64,000 nt of DNA from Vulcanimicrobiota bacterium (GTDB taxonomy: Bacteria > Vulcanimicrobiota > Xenobia > Xenobiales > JADMJV01), in assembly GCA_050250895.1 (NCBI GenBank), contig JBFWNU010000005.1, positions 160,001-224,000 of the forward strand. Reading direction: 5' to 3'. Numbering within the stretch: the stretch's first letter is position 1; every line of letters begins with the position of its first letter. The notes beneath the pieces were generated by a model, which saw only the letters and a program-made list of their open reading frames with translations, made no database searches and was not told the origin of the DNA. The position numbers and the translations under genes were made by a program. Positions 1-9,260 of the stretch are shown here, piece by piece.

Positions 1-41
1 CCGCGCGGAACTGCAGGTCCCGCGGCGTTGGCCTGGCGCCG

Positions 42-338
42 GTCCGTCTCGGCGGCGGGTTCGATCCGGTCTCGGCAATCCTGACGTGGTCAGGACTTCC
101 AGGTGGAAGTCCGGCGGGTCTGTCTGACTTGGGGGCGGCGATCTGGTCTCGGCGGCGGCTGGGACGATTCGTCTCGGCATCCCGGACCTGGCCGCGTCTC
201 GAATCGCTCGTCTGACCCGCCGACCCTTGCCTGGCGTGGCGGCGGCTGAGCCCGTCCGTCTCGGCGGCGGCGGGGTCGATTCGGCCGCGGCAACCCTGAC
301 CGGGCCGGGCCTGGAATCGCTCTTCCGGGCGGAAGTCC
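42..338. repeat. Degenerate ~100-112 bp tandem repeat (3 copies visible)
   Basis: Core GTCTCGGCGGCGG at 46, 146 and 258, each followed by GAT(T/C)CG..CGGCA..CC; TTCC(A/G)GG(T/C)GGAAGTCC at 97 and 323. The periods are not multiples of 3. Confidence 0.6.
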
Positions 339-349
339 CGGCGTGGGGC

Positions 350-376
350 TCAAGCCAAGCCAGAAATTGCCGATAT
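350..376 (+). promoter_or_regulatory. Possible sigma28/FliA-type promoter
   Basis: TCAAG-N14-GCCGATAT ending 10 nt before ATG 387. Confidence 0.35.
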
Positions 377-386
377 AGAGGATGCA

Positions 387-854
387 ATGACAGGGACGCT
401 ACTTATAGGGCTGGCCGGAGTGGTGGCCGCCAGCCGCGTGACCAAACCACTACCCGGCCGGGCCGCCAGCCTGCTGCGCGTGCTGATTCCCTCGTGGCGC
501 TTCTTCGAGGATGTCTGCGAGCAACCCAGCCTCTACATCCGCAACGGCGTTTCGCCCACGCAGATGGGCCCGTGGCGCGAGTGCCTGCCGGTCGCCTCTC
601 CCCAGGTGCTCGATTTGGTCAGCAATCCCGAAGGCAACCTGGCTCTGGCCTGCAACGGGGTGCTCCAACAGCTATTGGCCGACTCGGCCTGGATGAATGC
701 GGACGAACTCCACCAGTCCGTCAGCTATCGCCTGACGCGCCAGCTAGTCATCTATTTTCAGCGGCCCGAGGGCTACTTCCAGTTTAAGCTGTGCGCAGCT
801 CTTCCCGGCCGCGAGCCCGAGGATGTGGTGATCTCCTCGTTGCATCTGGCTTGA
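387..854 (+). CDS. Hypothetical protein, partner of the HTTM-like gene (SdpA-like position)
   Basis: 155 aa ORF with a PSWRFF motif; its stop overlaps the next start (TTGA). Confidence 0.7.
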   Translation: MTGTLLIGLAGVVAASRVTKPLPGRAASLLRVLIPSWRFFEDVCEQPSLYIRNGVSPTQMGPWRECLPVASPQVLDLVSNPEGNLALACNGVLQQLLADSAWMNADELHQSVSYRLTRQLVIYFQRPEGYFQFKLCAALPGREPEDVVISSLHLA

Positions 855-1579
855 CCGCTCTGCTCTTGACTCAGCGTCTGGTGGCGCTGTCCGTGCTTCT
901 TCAGACGATCGAGCTGGGGCGACTGCGAGGGGCGGTTAGCGACCAGGGGATCTGGCCCTGGCAGGTGCTGCGCGACGACTTTGAGGGCTGTCCTGGCTGG
1001 GTCCGCCGTGTTCTTGATCTGACCCTGGCTTACCCCAACTTCCTGGGGTTGCTGGCGCTCCAGGCATTGGCTTCGCTAGCTCTGTTTTGGTGGCTCGGGG
1101 CCGCGCCCGTGCTGGTGCTCACGACCGTGCTTATCAGCCTGCGCTGGCGGGGAGCTTTCAACGGCGGCAGTGATTACATGACGGTCACGGTGCTGCTGGC
1201 CCTGGCCGTGGCGGCAATCGTCCATCACCCGGTGATGACGCTGGCCTGTCTTTGGTATGTGGCCCTGCAGTGCTGCCTTTCCTACTTTGTGGCCGGTATC
1301 GTAAAGTTGAATCGGGCCAACTGGCGCAACGGCCGGGCTCTGTCGGCCTTTACGGGCGGCCGGCTGGGCCCGCCCCGGGCTGCTCGTCTGTCGTGGGCGG
1401 TGATCGGCTTTCAGTGCGCCTTTCCGCTGGTTCTGCTCGTGCCCGAACTGGGTCCAGTGTTCGTGCTGGGAGCAGTGGGTTTTCATCTGGCCAATTTCTA
1501 CTTTTTGGGGCTCAATCGGTTTTTCTGGGCCTGGCTCGCCACCTATCCGGCTCTTTTTTACTGCGCGGGCTATCGGTAG
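851..1579 (+). CDS. HTTM-like (SdpB/vitamin K-dependent carboxylase-related) multipass membrane protein
   Basis: Many TM segments; FNGGSDYM, SYFVAGIVKL..W.NG, FHLAN and GLNRFFWAW motifs; TTG start coupled to the upstream stop. Confidence 0.7.
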   Translation: MTALLLTQRLVALSVLLQTIELGRLRGAVSDQGIWPWQVLRDDFEGCPGWVRRVLDLTLAYPNFLGLLALQALASLALFWWLGAAPVLVLTTVLISLRWRGAFNGGSDYMTVTVLLALAVAAIVHHPVMTLACLWYVALQCCLSYFVAGIVKLNRANWRNGRALSAFTGGRLGPPRAARLSWAVIGFQCAFPLVLLVPELGPVFVLGAVGFHLANFYFLGLNRFFWAWLATYPALFYCAGYR

Positions 1580-1938
1580 GGATCGAACGGCTCGTCAGCT
1601 CCGAGTGTGCAGCCGGGCGGGGCGCGGAAGTGGGCTTCGTGAGCGCCCTGGCAGACGATGGTGAGGTCCCAGGGAACATCTCCAGGGTCGAGCGCATAGC
1701 CGGCGGTTCTGGTGGTGGGGCAGGTCGGTAGGGTTTTGAAGTAGTTCGGGGTGAGAAGGGCGAGATTGGGTGGGTAGTGGCCCGACCAGTCGGTGGAATA
1801 CATCTCTATTTGCGTCCGCAACTCGGCCAGATTCAGCTTGCAGATATCGAGGTCGGCAACCTCTTCCTGGTGGTAGGCCCAGGCCATTGCCAGGGCCGTC
1901 AAACTCGACAGAGTGAAGGCGACTAGCACGTGCTTCAC
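1570..1938 (-). CDS. Pilin/GspG-like paralog 1
   Basis: GTG 1938 overlaps the upstream TGA; N-terminal TM, then CKLNL..IEMYSTDWSGHYP..LTPNYFKTLPTCP. Confidence 0.75.
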   Translation of the reverse strand: MKHVLVAFTLSSLTALAMAWAYHQEEVADLDICKLNLAELRTQIEMYSTDWSGHYPPNLALLTPNYFKTLPTCPTTRTAGYALDPGDVPWDLTIVCQGAHEAHFRAPPGCTLGADEPFDPYR

Positions 1939-2381
1939 GGGCGATCCAGGTAACCTTCGCGGGAGCCCCAGCGGGGATAGCCCGGGGGCGAGCCGGTATG
2001 GTGATGGTCGCCCAGGCAGATCAAAACGTAGTCTTCTCCAGAGCGCTCGTAGAGATAGGTTTGCGAGCAGGTCGGCAAGGCCTTGAGATAGTCGGGCACC
2101 AACTCTTCCAGGTGATCGGGCAGTCGCTGGTCGTGCTCGGCGGCGTACATCTCGAGCCCGGTCGAAAGGGTCTTGAGGTTCGAGGCGCAGTTGGAGCGGC
2201 GTCCCTGGTGGTGGGCATGCAGCACGGGCCGACCGATCAGCCCGACTAGCAACAGGGCGATGGCCACATTGAACAACGTGAGCAAACTGGCACCTCGCAG
2301 CCGATAGCCTTCCGAGCCGCACCGTGGGCAGTAAGGCGAGTCGTCGTAACTGTGCTGGCAAACGAGGCAGGTGCGTAGCAT
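1935..2381 (-). CDS. Pilin/GspG-like paralog 2 with N-terminal zinc ribbon
   Basis: CLVC..CPRC, TM, CASNLK...LEMYAAE..LVPDYLKALPTC. Confidence 0.8.
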   Translation of the reverse strand: MLRTCLVCQHSYDDSPYCPRCGSEGYRLRGASLLTLFNVAIALLLVGLIGRPVLHAHHQGRRSNCASNLKTLSTGLEMYAAEHDQRLPDHLEELVPDYLKALPTCSQTYLYERSGEDYVLICLGDHHHTGSPPGYPRWGSREGYLDRP

Positions 2382-2507
2382 GTCCGGAATACGCCCGAGC
2401 CCAGCCGGCGGTTCACATGATCGAAAAAGCGCTCGTTTTCAGGTTTTATGCGGTTTGAAGGAAACTGCGAGTTTACCCGGAAGCACCCAGGCCTGTTGGG
2501 AGGATAT

Positions 2508-3137
2508 ATGAAAAAGTTATTTCATTGCAGTCTCGCGCTTTTGGCGCTGACGCTCATTCTGGTCGGTTGCGGCGAAAGTGAAAAGGTCCAGGTGACCAAC
2601 TATATCAAAGCCGTCGACGAGTACGACCAGGAAGTGAAAACAATGGCCGACAAAATGAAGTCGGACATGGAAGGCATGAACCAGGCCATGCAGCAAGGCG
2701 ACTTCAAAGTCGAAGAGATGAAAGCCAAGCTGGCCGAGTTCAAAAAGTCCCTGGAAGATAACAAAGCCAAAATGGCTGCCCTGAAGGTTCCTGAAAAGGC
2801 CCAGGCGATGCACGACGCCGGTCTGGCTCGCTATGACGCGGCTTTGCAGCTGGTCGCCAAAGTCGACCAGATGGTCGACGTGGTCGGTGGCCTGGCCGAG
2901 ATCATGAAGAAGGTCAAAGCGAACCCGAAAGAAGCCGCCAAGTATCAGGGTGAAGTCAAAGAAGCGATCGGCAAGATCCAGCCGATGGCTCAAGAGCTTC
3001 AGGAGATCGGCAAAAAGGGTGACGAATACGAAAAGACCATGAAGGCCGAGAAGAAGAAGCTCATCGAAGAGTTCCAAATCACCGAAGTCGCAGCCGAAAC
3101 CCCGGCTGGCGACGAGGGCGAAGGCGCCGCCGAGTAA
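2508..3137 (+). CDS. Helical/coiled-coil lipoprotein
   Basis: GGAGG RBS; signal peptide with lipobox LVGC; Lys/Glu-rich helices. Confidence 0.85.
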   Translation: MKKLFHCSLALLALTLILVGCGESEKVQVTNYIKAVDEYDQEVKTMADKMKSDMEGMNQAMQQGDFKVEEMKAKLAEFKKSLEDNKAKMAALKVPEKAQAMHDAGLARYDAALQLVAKVDQMVDVVGGLAEIMKKVKANPKEAAKYQGEVKEAIGKIQPMAQELQEIGKKGDEYEKTMKAEKKKLIEEFQITEVAAETPAGDEGEGAAE

Positions 3138-3159
3138 AGGCGAGTCTTCTCACGCAAAG

Positions 3160-3186
3160 AGCCGGTCGTTTGACCGGCTTTTTTTT
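3160..3186 (+). terminator. Rho-independent terminator
   Basis: AGCCGGTC-GTTT-GACCGGCT followed by a T run, directly after the lipoprotein gene. Confidence 0.85.
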
Positions 3187-4351
3187 ATGGCCCGTCGAGG
3201 CTCCAGCCGACGCCCACCGGGGGATCGACGGAGCGGTCGAAGACCTTGCGGGCTTGAGGGTCGTAAGGAACACCGGTAATGTCGGCTTTCAACGCGCCCA
3301 GGGTTTGATGTAGGTCTTCGGTCAGCTTGCGGACTCCCTCTTTCGAGTCGGAGCCTGGGGGGAAGTAGGGACTGACGGGGATTGGGTCGCCCACTTTGAC
3401 CCGGGCGATGGGACGGTTGCGCCATCCTTCCGAGATACCGACGGTGGCGGCGGCACCGGTGAGGCCGGTGATGGCCAAACTCGAAGGGTTGGTGACTCCC
3501 AGGACGCCGCCCGCCAGAGCTCCGGCGGCAAGCCCGGCGGCTCCGGCTTTTAGCCCGGCAAAATACTTGGGGAAAGGGTCGCACCATTCGGGATTGGGAG
3601 TCAGGGCTCGGGCGGCGGCGCCCGCTCCGTAGAGCCCGGTCAGACCGCCGGTGATGGCTCCGGCCACGGCCCGGGTGAGCGGGTCGCCGGCCATGGCCGC
3701 CACACTGCCGGCGGCAACCAGGGCGGCGGCGGCCCATCCGGCCAACCGCTCGCCGGTGCGAGGCTTATCGTTGGCGACATAATCCATGGCGATGGGCACG
3801 ATCGACTCGGCTCCCGAGTGATGCGCGATGAAGGCCGAGCCCTGCTTGAGGCGGTCGACGTGATTGCGATCTTCAGAAATTTTTCCTTCGGGAAAGATGA
3901 CCAGACCTTTGCCCTGTTTCACCACGTCAATGGCATGACGCACGGTGCGCATGCGACCCCAGTTGAGGTCGGTGGGAAAGGCTCCCGACCAGCTCATCAC
4001 TTTGCCGCGCAAGCCATCAAAGACGTTCTCGGCGGCCACATAGCGCAGGTCCCGATCGCTGAGCACCGCCATCACCGGTGGGTCGAAGAAGGTCGGATGG
4101 GTGGGGCAGTAGAGGTGCTTGCCTGTGTGAGGAACCTTTTCGGTGCCTTCGGCCTCGACCCGATAGGCCATCGCCACCAGGGCCTTGGAAATGGGACGGA
4201 GCAGCCACTGGTGCTTCATCTGCGAAAAGCCATCGGCAGGACCGGTGTAGTTGTCGACCTGGAGGCCAAACTGATTCTCGGGCGGCGGAGGAGGATACTC
4301 AGGCCGGGCTTGGGCCGGAGCTCCGTTGGCGTGGTGAGCTCGGATCTGCAT
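3185..4351 (-). CDS. PlsC-family lysophospholipid acyltransferase with an N-terminal leader and an inserted Gly/Ala-rich hydrophobic segment
   Basis: HPTFFD (HxxxxD), IFPEG, LKQGSAFIA and IVPI motifs. Confidence 0.85.
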   Translation of the reverse strand: MQIRAHHANGAPAQARPEYPPPPPENQFGLQVDNYTGPADGFSQMKHQWLLRPISKALVAMAYRVEAEGTEKVPHTGKHLYCPTHPTFFDPPVMAVLSDRDLRYVAAENVFDGLRGKVMSWSGAFPTDLNWGRMRTVRHAIDVVKQGKGLVIFPEGKISEDRNHVDRLKQGSAFIAHHSGAESIVPIAMDYVANDKPRTGERLAGWAAAALVAAGSVAAMAGDPLTRAVAGAITGGLTGLYGAGAAARALTPNPEWCDPFPKYFAGLKAGAAGLAAGALAGGVLGVTNPSSLAITGLTGAAATVGISEGWRNRPIARVKVGDPIPVSPYFPPGSDSKEGVRKLTEDLHQTLGALKADITGVPYDPQARKVFDRSVDPPVGVGWSLDGP

Positions 4352-4360
4352 GATAGTAGC

Positions 4361-4385
4361 AGCCTAAACCCTTACCATGAAAGAA
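4361..4385 (-). promoter_or_regulatory. Conserved TYSTTTMA-N11-TANNNT promoter-like motif
   Basis: Minus strand TTCTTTCA-N11-TAGGCT-N9-ATG(4351). Confidence 0.65.
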
Positions 4386-4414
4386 ACATTAAATCCACGG
4401 CGAAGGGCCCGACC

Positions 4415-5656
4415 ATGCGGCGCTTTGAGGATGGTCAGGCTGGCAAGTTCTACGAGGTCGAGTTGGTGGCCAACGAGTTGCACTCGCGGGCCGGACAGCT
4501 CGGCAAAGCAGGGCGCCGGACCGTCAAAGTGCACGAGGACGAAGCCCGGGCCATGGCGGCTCTCGAGAAGAAGGTGGCCGAGAAACTTAAGCAGGGCTTT
4601 CGTGAGGTCGCCCCGGGGCTGCCCGATGAAAGCGGGGTGCGTCTTCCCGACGGCTGGCTCAAGCTTGTCCTGCCACGCCAGGGCGGACGCTGGCGACCCC
4701 GCTTGCTGACTCTGCCCATCGACGAGGCCCTGGCCCTGGGTCGTCAGAAGCTCGAGCAATCCCCTCCTCACGCTGCGCCCCGCTGGAAGGCAGCGCTGGC
4801 AGCGTTTTCGCGCGGGGACGAGGCCACCCTGGAAGAGGCGGCCGCCATGGGCTGGGCCCTGGCCCACGCCCGCGACGCCTCGAAGGCCCGCCGGGCTCTG
4901 GTCGACTTTTGGATGCAGAAGTACGATCCGGCTCTGGCCACCGCCGCTATCATGGAGACCGACCTGCTGATGGAGCGTCACGCCGAGCGTCCCGACCCGA
5001 GCTGGGATGTCGACTATTTCTATCGCCTTCGCAAGCACCTGGGCCTGGCCGAACCCGAGGGCTATCGTTTGGCTTTGCAGGTGGCGGCCGAGCGCCGCAA
5101 AGCCATCAGCGTCACCAGCCGAGTCCGCACCGCTTTTCTTTTTCCCACCGAGAAGCGCTGGTTGCTGCAAGATCTCGACCGCGTCAGCCCGACCGATTTT
5201 CGCTGGCTGGTAGGCTGTGTCGGCGACCCCGAAACGGCCACTCGCGTGCTGGCCCGCGGGGGTTTGGGCTGTCTGGTCAGCTCGGCCCACAATCTGGTTC
5301 CGACCCTGCTCGATGGTCTGGGCGCCGGGGCGGCCGCGGTCCTGGCCGAATTCGTCGACGACCGCAGGCTCGAGTCTGACGCCGTCGGGCCTCTGGCCCG
5401 CGCCCTGGCGGCCATTCCCCGACCGGAAGCTCTTGACAGTCTGCTGAGGATGGTCCGCCACCACAAGCGTGCCCGGCCCGCTCTGGAAGAGGCTCTGGAA
5501 CGCTTCCCGCGTCTTGGACTAGAGATTCTCAGCCGGCACCAGGTCGAGCAGGGGCTGGCTCAGGCCACTCTCGAACGCCACCCTCAGGCTCTAGAGGCCA
5601 TCCGCGATCACCTTAGTCAGCCTCAACTCGCCTTTCTGTCTAAGGTCGCTCGATAA
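4415..5656 (+). CDS. WGR-domain protein with helical (DUF4132-associated-like) body
   Basis: Probable start MRRFEDG; KFYEV..G.LGKAG...K..EKLKQGF.E pattern typical of WGR domains. Confidence 0.75.
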   Translation: MRRFEDGQAGKFYEVELVANELHSRAGQLGKAGRRTVKVHEDEARAMAALEKKVAEKLKQGFREVAPGLPDESGVRLPDGWLKLVLPRQGGRWRPRLLTLPIDEALALGRQKLEQSPPHAAPRWKAALAAFSRGDEATLEEAAAMGWALAHARDASKARRALVDFWMQKYDPALATAAIMETDLLMERHAERPDPSWDVDYFYRLRKHLGLAEPEGYRLALQVAAERRKAISVTSRVRTAFLFPTEKRWLLQDLDRVSPTDFRWLVGCVGDPETATRVLARGGLGCLVSSAHNLVPTLLDGLGAGAAAVLAEFVDDRRLESDAVGPLARALAAIPRPEALDSLLRMVRHHKRARPALEEALERFPRLGLEILSRHQVEQGLAQATLERHPQALEAIRDHLSQPQLAFLSKVAR

Positions 5657-6116
5657 GTCCCTGGACCGCGGTATACTGCGGATAGTTAGCCGTTCTGATG
5701 CTGGCCGAGTGGTGGTTCTCGCCTCGGCAGAAGATGGTGTACGCGTCTGGTTCGGCGTGCCACCGATAGGTGGACGTATAGGTATCGCTGCCGGCCCCTG
5801 GACAGGTGGGCACGGTTTTAAGATAGTTGGGCGTAAGCAGCCGGATATCGGGCGGGTAGCGGCCTGACCAGTCCGTGGAATACATCTCTAGCGCGGTACC
5901 CATGTTCTTGAGGTTGGATTTGCAGGCGGTAAGCATTCCTCGACTGGGAGCGCGGGTAAAGTTGGGCACGACCACGGCCGCCAGCAGCAACGAGGCCAGC
6001 CCCGAGAGCAGGCCGTAGAGCCACCAGTCGACCTCGGTGAGCACTTTCTCGCAATCGCAGCGAGGACAACGGCGCTGGCCGTGGATTAGCTTGCATTCGG
6101 CACATCGGCGTTTCAT
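5640..6116 (-). CDS. Pilin/GspG-like paralog 3 with zinc ribbon
   Basis: CAEC..CPRC, TM, VPNF.RA, CKSNLKNMGTALEMYSTDWSGRYP...GLIERP. Confidence 0.85.
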   Translation of the reverse strand: MKRRCAECKLIHGQRRCPRCDCEKVLTEVDWWLYGLLSGLASLLLAAVVVPNFTRAPSRGMLTACKSNLKNMGTALEMYSTDWSGRYPPDIRLLTPNYLKTVPTCPGAGSDTYTSTYRWHAEPDAYTIFCRGENHHSASIRTANYPQYTAVQGLIERP

Positions 6117-6331
6117 GTCAAGACTACGCCGCTCGAGCCGGACGGGTTCAATTTCTATGGTCTCTCGGGCCGCCGGTTACTTGAACCGCAGCCCGTCCAC
6201 CGGCGTAGGCCAAGCGTGGACGCTTTCAAAGACCTGGTCATCGCAGCAATCCTGGCCGGGATTGCCATCGAAGTCGGTTTTGCTGGACAGCCCATTTGCC
6301 GAGCCTACCGCAGCACTCTCGAGTGCCCCTG

Positions 6332-6736
6332 ATGGATGACGACTTCTATCAGGACTGCATGACTACGCTGGTGCTAGCCGCTTGCGCGCTCTTGACCTGG
6401 TCCTTCGCTGCAGGTGTGGTGCGCCACCGGGCCCAGGGCCGGTTAATGGCTTGCAAGTCGAACCTGAAGGGCATCGGCACGGCCCTAGAAATGTACTCGA
6501 CGGATTGGTGCGGGCGTTACCCCACCAACATCAACCTGGTCACCCCGAACTATCTAAAGACCTTGCCGACTTGCCCCGGCGCCCGTAGTGACAGCTATAG
6601 CGCCAGTTACCAGTCGACCTCTCGACCCGATGTCTACACCCTCTACTGCCAGGGAATGAACCACTGCGAAGCCGGCTTCATCGAGCCGAATTACCCTCGA
6701 TATCAGGCAATTTCTGGGGTCCTGGAGCGCCCTTAG
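6332..6736 (+). CDS. Pilin/GspG-like paralog 4
   Basis: TM, then CKSNLKGIGTALEMYSTDWCGRYP...GVLERP. Confidence 0.85.
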   Translation: MDDDFYQDCMTTLVLAACALLTWSFAAGVVRHRAQGRLMACKSNLKGIGTALEMYSTDWCGRYPTNINLVTPNYLKTLPTCPGARSDSYSASYQSTSRPDVYTLYCQGMNHCEAGFIEPNYPRYQAISGVLERP

Positions 6737-7098
6737 CTCTTGGCGCTGAGTTCGGGCAGTTCGGCCCCCAGGGCTGTGGCCACCGCCTCGAGTTCGTCTT
6801 TTTCGACCGAGGCGACCATGTCGTCGGCGCTGGCGATGGCGGCCAGGTAGTCGAGCACTTGCTTTTTGCCGGCTTCGTCGACCAGTTCGCGGAAGACGCA
6901 GGCCAGCTCATAGGCCGGCGGCAGCTGCGAAATGCCATCGAGGAGTGTCTCGAAGGTCATAGGGGCAAACGACGGAAACATCTTGACTCCCAGGCTGGTA
7001 GCCACCGCCATCTCGGACTTTTCTAGCTTGCCGTCGACAGCAATCAGGGAAGCGGCCAGGGCTGCCGCGATGGTGGGGATATCTGCGTGTAGATCCAT
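6733..7098 (-). CDS. TerB-family (tellurite resistance) protein
   Basis: GGAGG RBS; two TerB motifs, IAVDGKLEKSE and ASADDMVASVE. Confidence 0.75.
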   Translation of the reverse strand: MDLHADIPTIAAALAASLIAVDGKLEKSEMAVATSLGVKMFPSFAPMTFETLLDGISQLPPAYELACVFRELVDEAGKKQVLDYLAAIASADDMVASVEKDELEAVATALGAELPELSAKS

Positions 7099-7177
7099 GA
7101 AAACGACCCTCCTCGAGATGAGGGGTTCTTTAAGGCAAACCCACGCCGATCCCTGCCGAACAGCCACAGGAAACGGC

Positions 7178-7441
7178 TCAGGGTCGCTCGATCAGGCCCT
7201 CAACAGCCGCGTATCCGGGATACTCGGCGGGATCAATGGCGGCTCCCTGATGGCTCGTGGTGCTACAGTATATCGTGTAGGCGTCGGGTAGCAGGGCCGT
7301 CCTCTCGGGTGCGCGACTCGCCAGGGAGCAGTTGTCGGCGCTGGGAATGGGACGAGGGGAAAGGCCGACCAGCAGGCTCGAGAGCAGCAAGGCCACGGCC
7401 AACCAGGAAAAATCGGACTTCTTCACCGTCTGGCTACGCAC
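7178..7441 (-). CDS. Internally deleted pilin-like paralog 5 (possible pseudogene)
   Basis: TM plus the C-terminal PDAYTIYC...YP.Y.AVEGLIERP, but the central GTALEMYSTD..PTCP core is missing. Confidence 0.6.
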   Translation of the reverse strand: MRSQTVKKSDFSWLAVALLLSSLLVGLSPRPIPSADNCSLASRAPERTALLPDAYTIYCSTTSHQGAAIDPAEYPGYAAVEGLIERP

Positions 7442-7468
7442 CGCGTCGTCGACCGGTTCAAAACGAGG

Positions 7469-8452
7469 GTGGCTCTCGGGCTTGAAGAAAGTTCCAGGGT
7501 GAACAACCGATGGGTCAGGCGTTTGCTACTGTTGTTTGCCTTTGCCGTCGTCGGCTACGCCGCCTGGAACCCGGGCCGCCATGAGCCACTGCCCGCCCGC
7601 CACAACGGAGCCTGGCTGACGCACGCCTGGTGGGCCGACCAGACCTGGTTCGACCAGTCCGCAAGAAGGCAAGAAGACTATCTGGACCAGGTCGAGCGGC
7701 TGCAATCCCTGCTCGAGGCGGGCATCGACGACTGGTACGTCCACGCCTGCCCCTGCTATCCCTCAGGCGAGTTGCCAGCCGTGAATCTAGAGCAAGCAAG
7801 ACGGCTCACCGCCGTCAATCACCAGGGCCAGGTGTTGGCCTGGGTCGGGGGGATGGTCGGAGAGGACGCTTTTCCCGAACGCCCCCAGTGGCGGCGCACC
7901 TTCGCCCAGGCCTGCGCCCGGCTGGTCAAAGAAGGCGAGTTGGACGGCATCTCGCTCAACCTCGAGCCGTGTCCCTCCTTCACTCCCGGCTTTCTGGAGT
8001 TGCTCGAAGAGCTGCGAGTAGCCCTGCCGGTCGGAGCCAGGCTATCGGTGGTCGCTCACCCACCACCCAGCTGGCTTCATCCCGTGCCGGCCCTGCATTG
8101 GAACCGGGGCTTTTACGCCGAGGTGTCGGCCCGCTGCGACGACCTGTGTGTGATGGCCTACGACACCGCCCAGCCCAGTTCCAAAACCTATACCCATCTG
8201 GTCTCGAGCTACAGCCGGCGGGCCATGCAGTGGTCGAGCGCCCCGGTGCGCGTCGGGCTACCGGCTTATGAAGAAGACAGCCTCTATCACCGCGATCGGG
8301 TCGAGAATCTGGCCAACGCCTTGCCTGGGCTCGCGGCCGCGCTCCATCCGAAGGTGCCCGGCAATTATGCAGGTTGGGCCGTCTACGCCGAGTGGAGCCT
8401 GGATTCGGCCGAGTTGCGATTTTTGCGCCAGCCCACCGTGCCGGGGCGATGA
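7469..8452 (+). CDS. GH18-like TIM-barrel glycoside hydrolase, membrane anchored
   Basis: N-terminal TM; LDGISLNLEP, VMAYD and VGLPAY motifs; start may be GTG 7500. Confidence 0.7.
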   Translation: MALGLEESSRVNNRWVRRLLLLFAFAVVGYAAWNPGRHEPLPARHNGAWLTHAWWADQTWFDQSARRQEDYLDQVERLQSLLEAGIDDWYVHACPCYPSGELPAVNLEQARRLTAVNHQGQVLAWVGGMVGEDAFPERPQWRRTFAQACARLVKEGELDGISLNLEPCPSFTPGFLELLEELRVALPVGARLSVVAHPPPSWLHPVPALHWNRGFYAEVSARCDDLCVMAYDTAQPSSKTYTHLVSSYSRRAMQWSSAPVRVGLPAYEEDSLYHRDRVENLANALPGLAAALHPKVPGNYAGWAVYAEWSLDSAELRFLRQPTVPGR

Positions 8453-8455
8453 GAC

Positions 8456-8480
8456 TCCTTTAAGGGCCGTTGGGTATCCT
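8456..8480 (+). promoter_or_regulatory. Conserved TYSTTTMA-N11-TANNNT promoter-like motif
   Basis: TCCTTTAA-N11-TATCCT upstream of the gene starting at 8530. Confidence 0.5.
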
Positions 8481-8529
8481 GGACCTCCAACCATCCTCGT
8501 CCAGCTTTTCCGTAGCGAGGACACAACAG

Positions 8530-9215
8530 TGATTGTTATAAATAGGGCCGCCAATTTGGGCAAGGCCAACGATATCGAGTCTCTCAAGAGGCTCAAGGAG
8601 CAAGCCGCCAGGCAAGAGGCTGAGGACGCCAGCGCTCGGCGCGACCAGCTGGCCGCAGGCCGCGAACTCTCTGAATTCGATAGATTGAGCGCCTTCTTCA
8701 AGAAATGTCAGGGCAGCTCTTTGGACCAGGCCGGCGACGATCCCAAGAAGGTCGTGCTCGACGACGTTCCGATGCTGAACATCGCTTCTGCTGTAGCTCT
8801 GGGAACGCTTCGGGCTCTCTCTTTCGGTTACATCGATCATCCCGGCCTGAAGGCCCGCATCACCGGCGTGGCCGAGTTCGATGACTCCGGCAACCTGACC
8901 AAGCTCGATTGCGAGACGAGACGCGAGGGCATGCAAACCTTTGACCGCTCCCTCATGATGCAGAGTCCGTACTCTGAAAGTTCGGGTGAATACCACGCCG
9001 CGGTTGGGGCGGACGGAAGTATGCGCCACCAGCACCGCACCGACCGTCGGGACGATTTGGTCTTCCGTCGTGAGAGTTGGAACATCGAAGGCAGTCCCAC
9101 CAAAGGGTACGATTTTCAGTATACCGGGAACCAGTCCATGCCCAGGGGCTGGGCCTGGAGTGGATTCAATGACGGCTTTCAGGGCCACGGTCATTTAGAC
9201 CCGACAGTCCACTAG
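8530..9215 (+). CDS. Hypothetical protein
   Basis: GAGG RBS and GTG at 8530 within the 8268..9215 ORF; no family recognised. Confidence 0.65.
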
Positions 9216-9260
9216 CTTCCCCGGTCTACCCCGGACTTCCGCGCGGAAGAGCAACTCGGC

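Noticed and set aside
42-338. Possible CRISPR array
   Set aside because: Repeats are degenerate and long-period, the spacers are similar to each other, and no cas genes are in the window
1939-2361. Upstream part of ORF 1570..2361
   Set aside because: Overlaps pilin paralog 2 in another frame; the real start is the coupled GTG 1938
3818-4414. N-terminal 199 aa of the 612-aa ORF
   Set aside because: Antisense to the PlsC gene; the WGR domain starts at ATG 4415
6117-6331. Small ORFs between the divergent pilin-like genes
   Set aside because: One minus frame looks protein-like (DFDGNPGQDCCDD) but has no start; the ATG-initiated frame has no recognisable features
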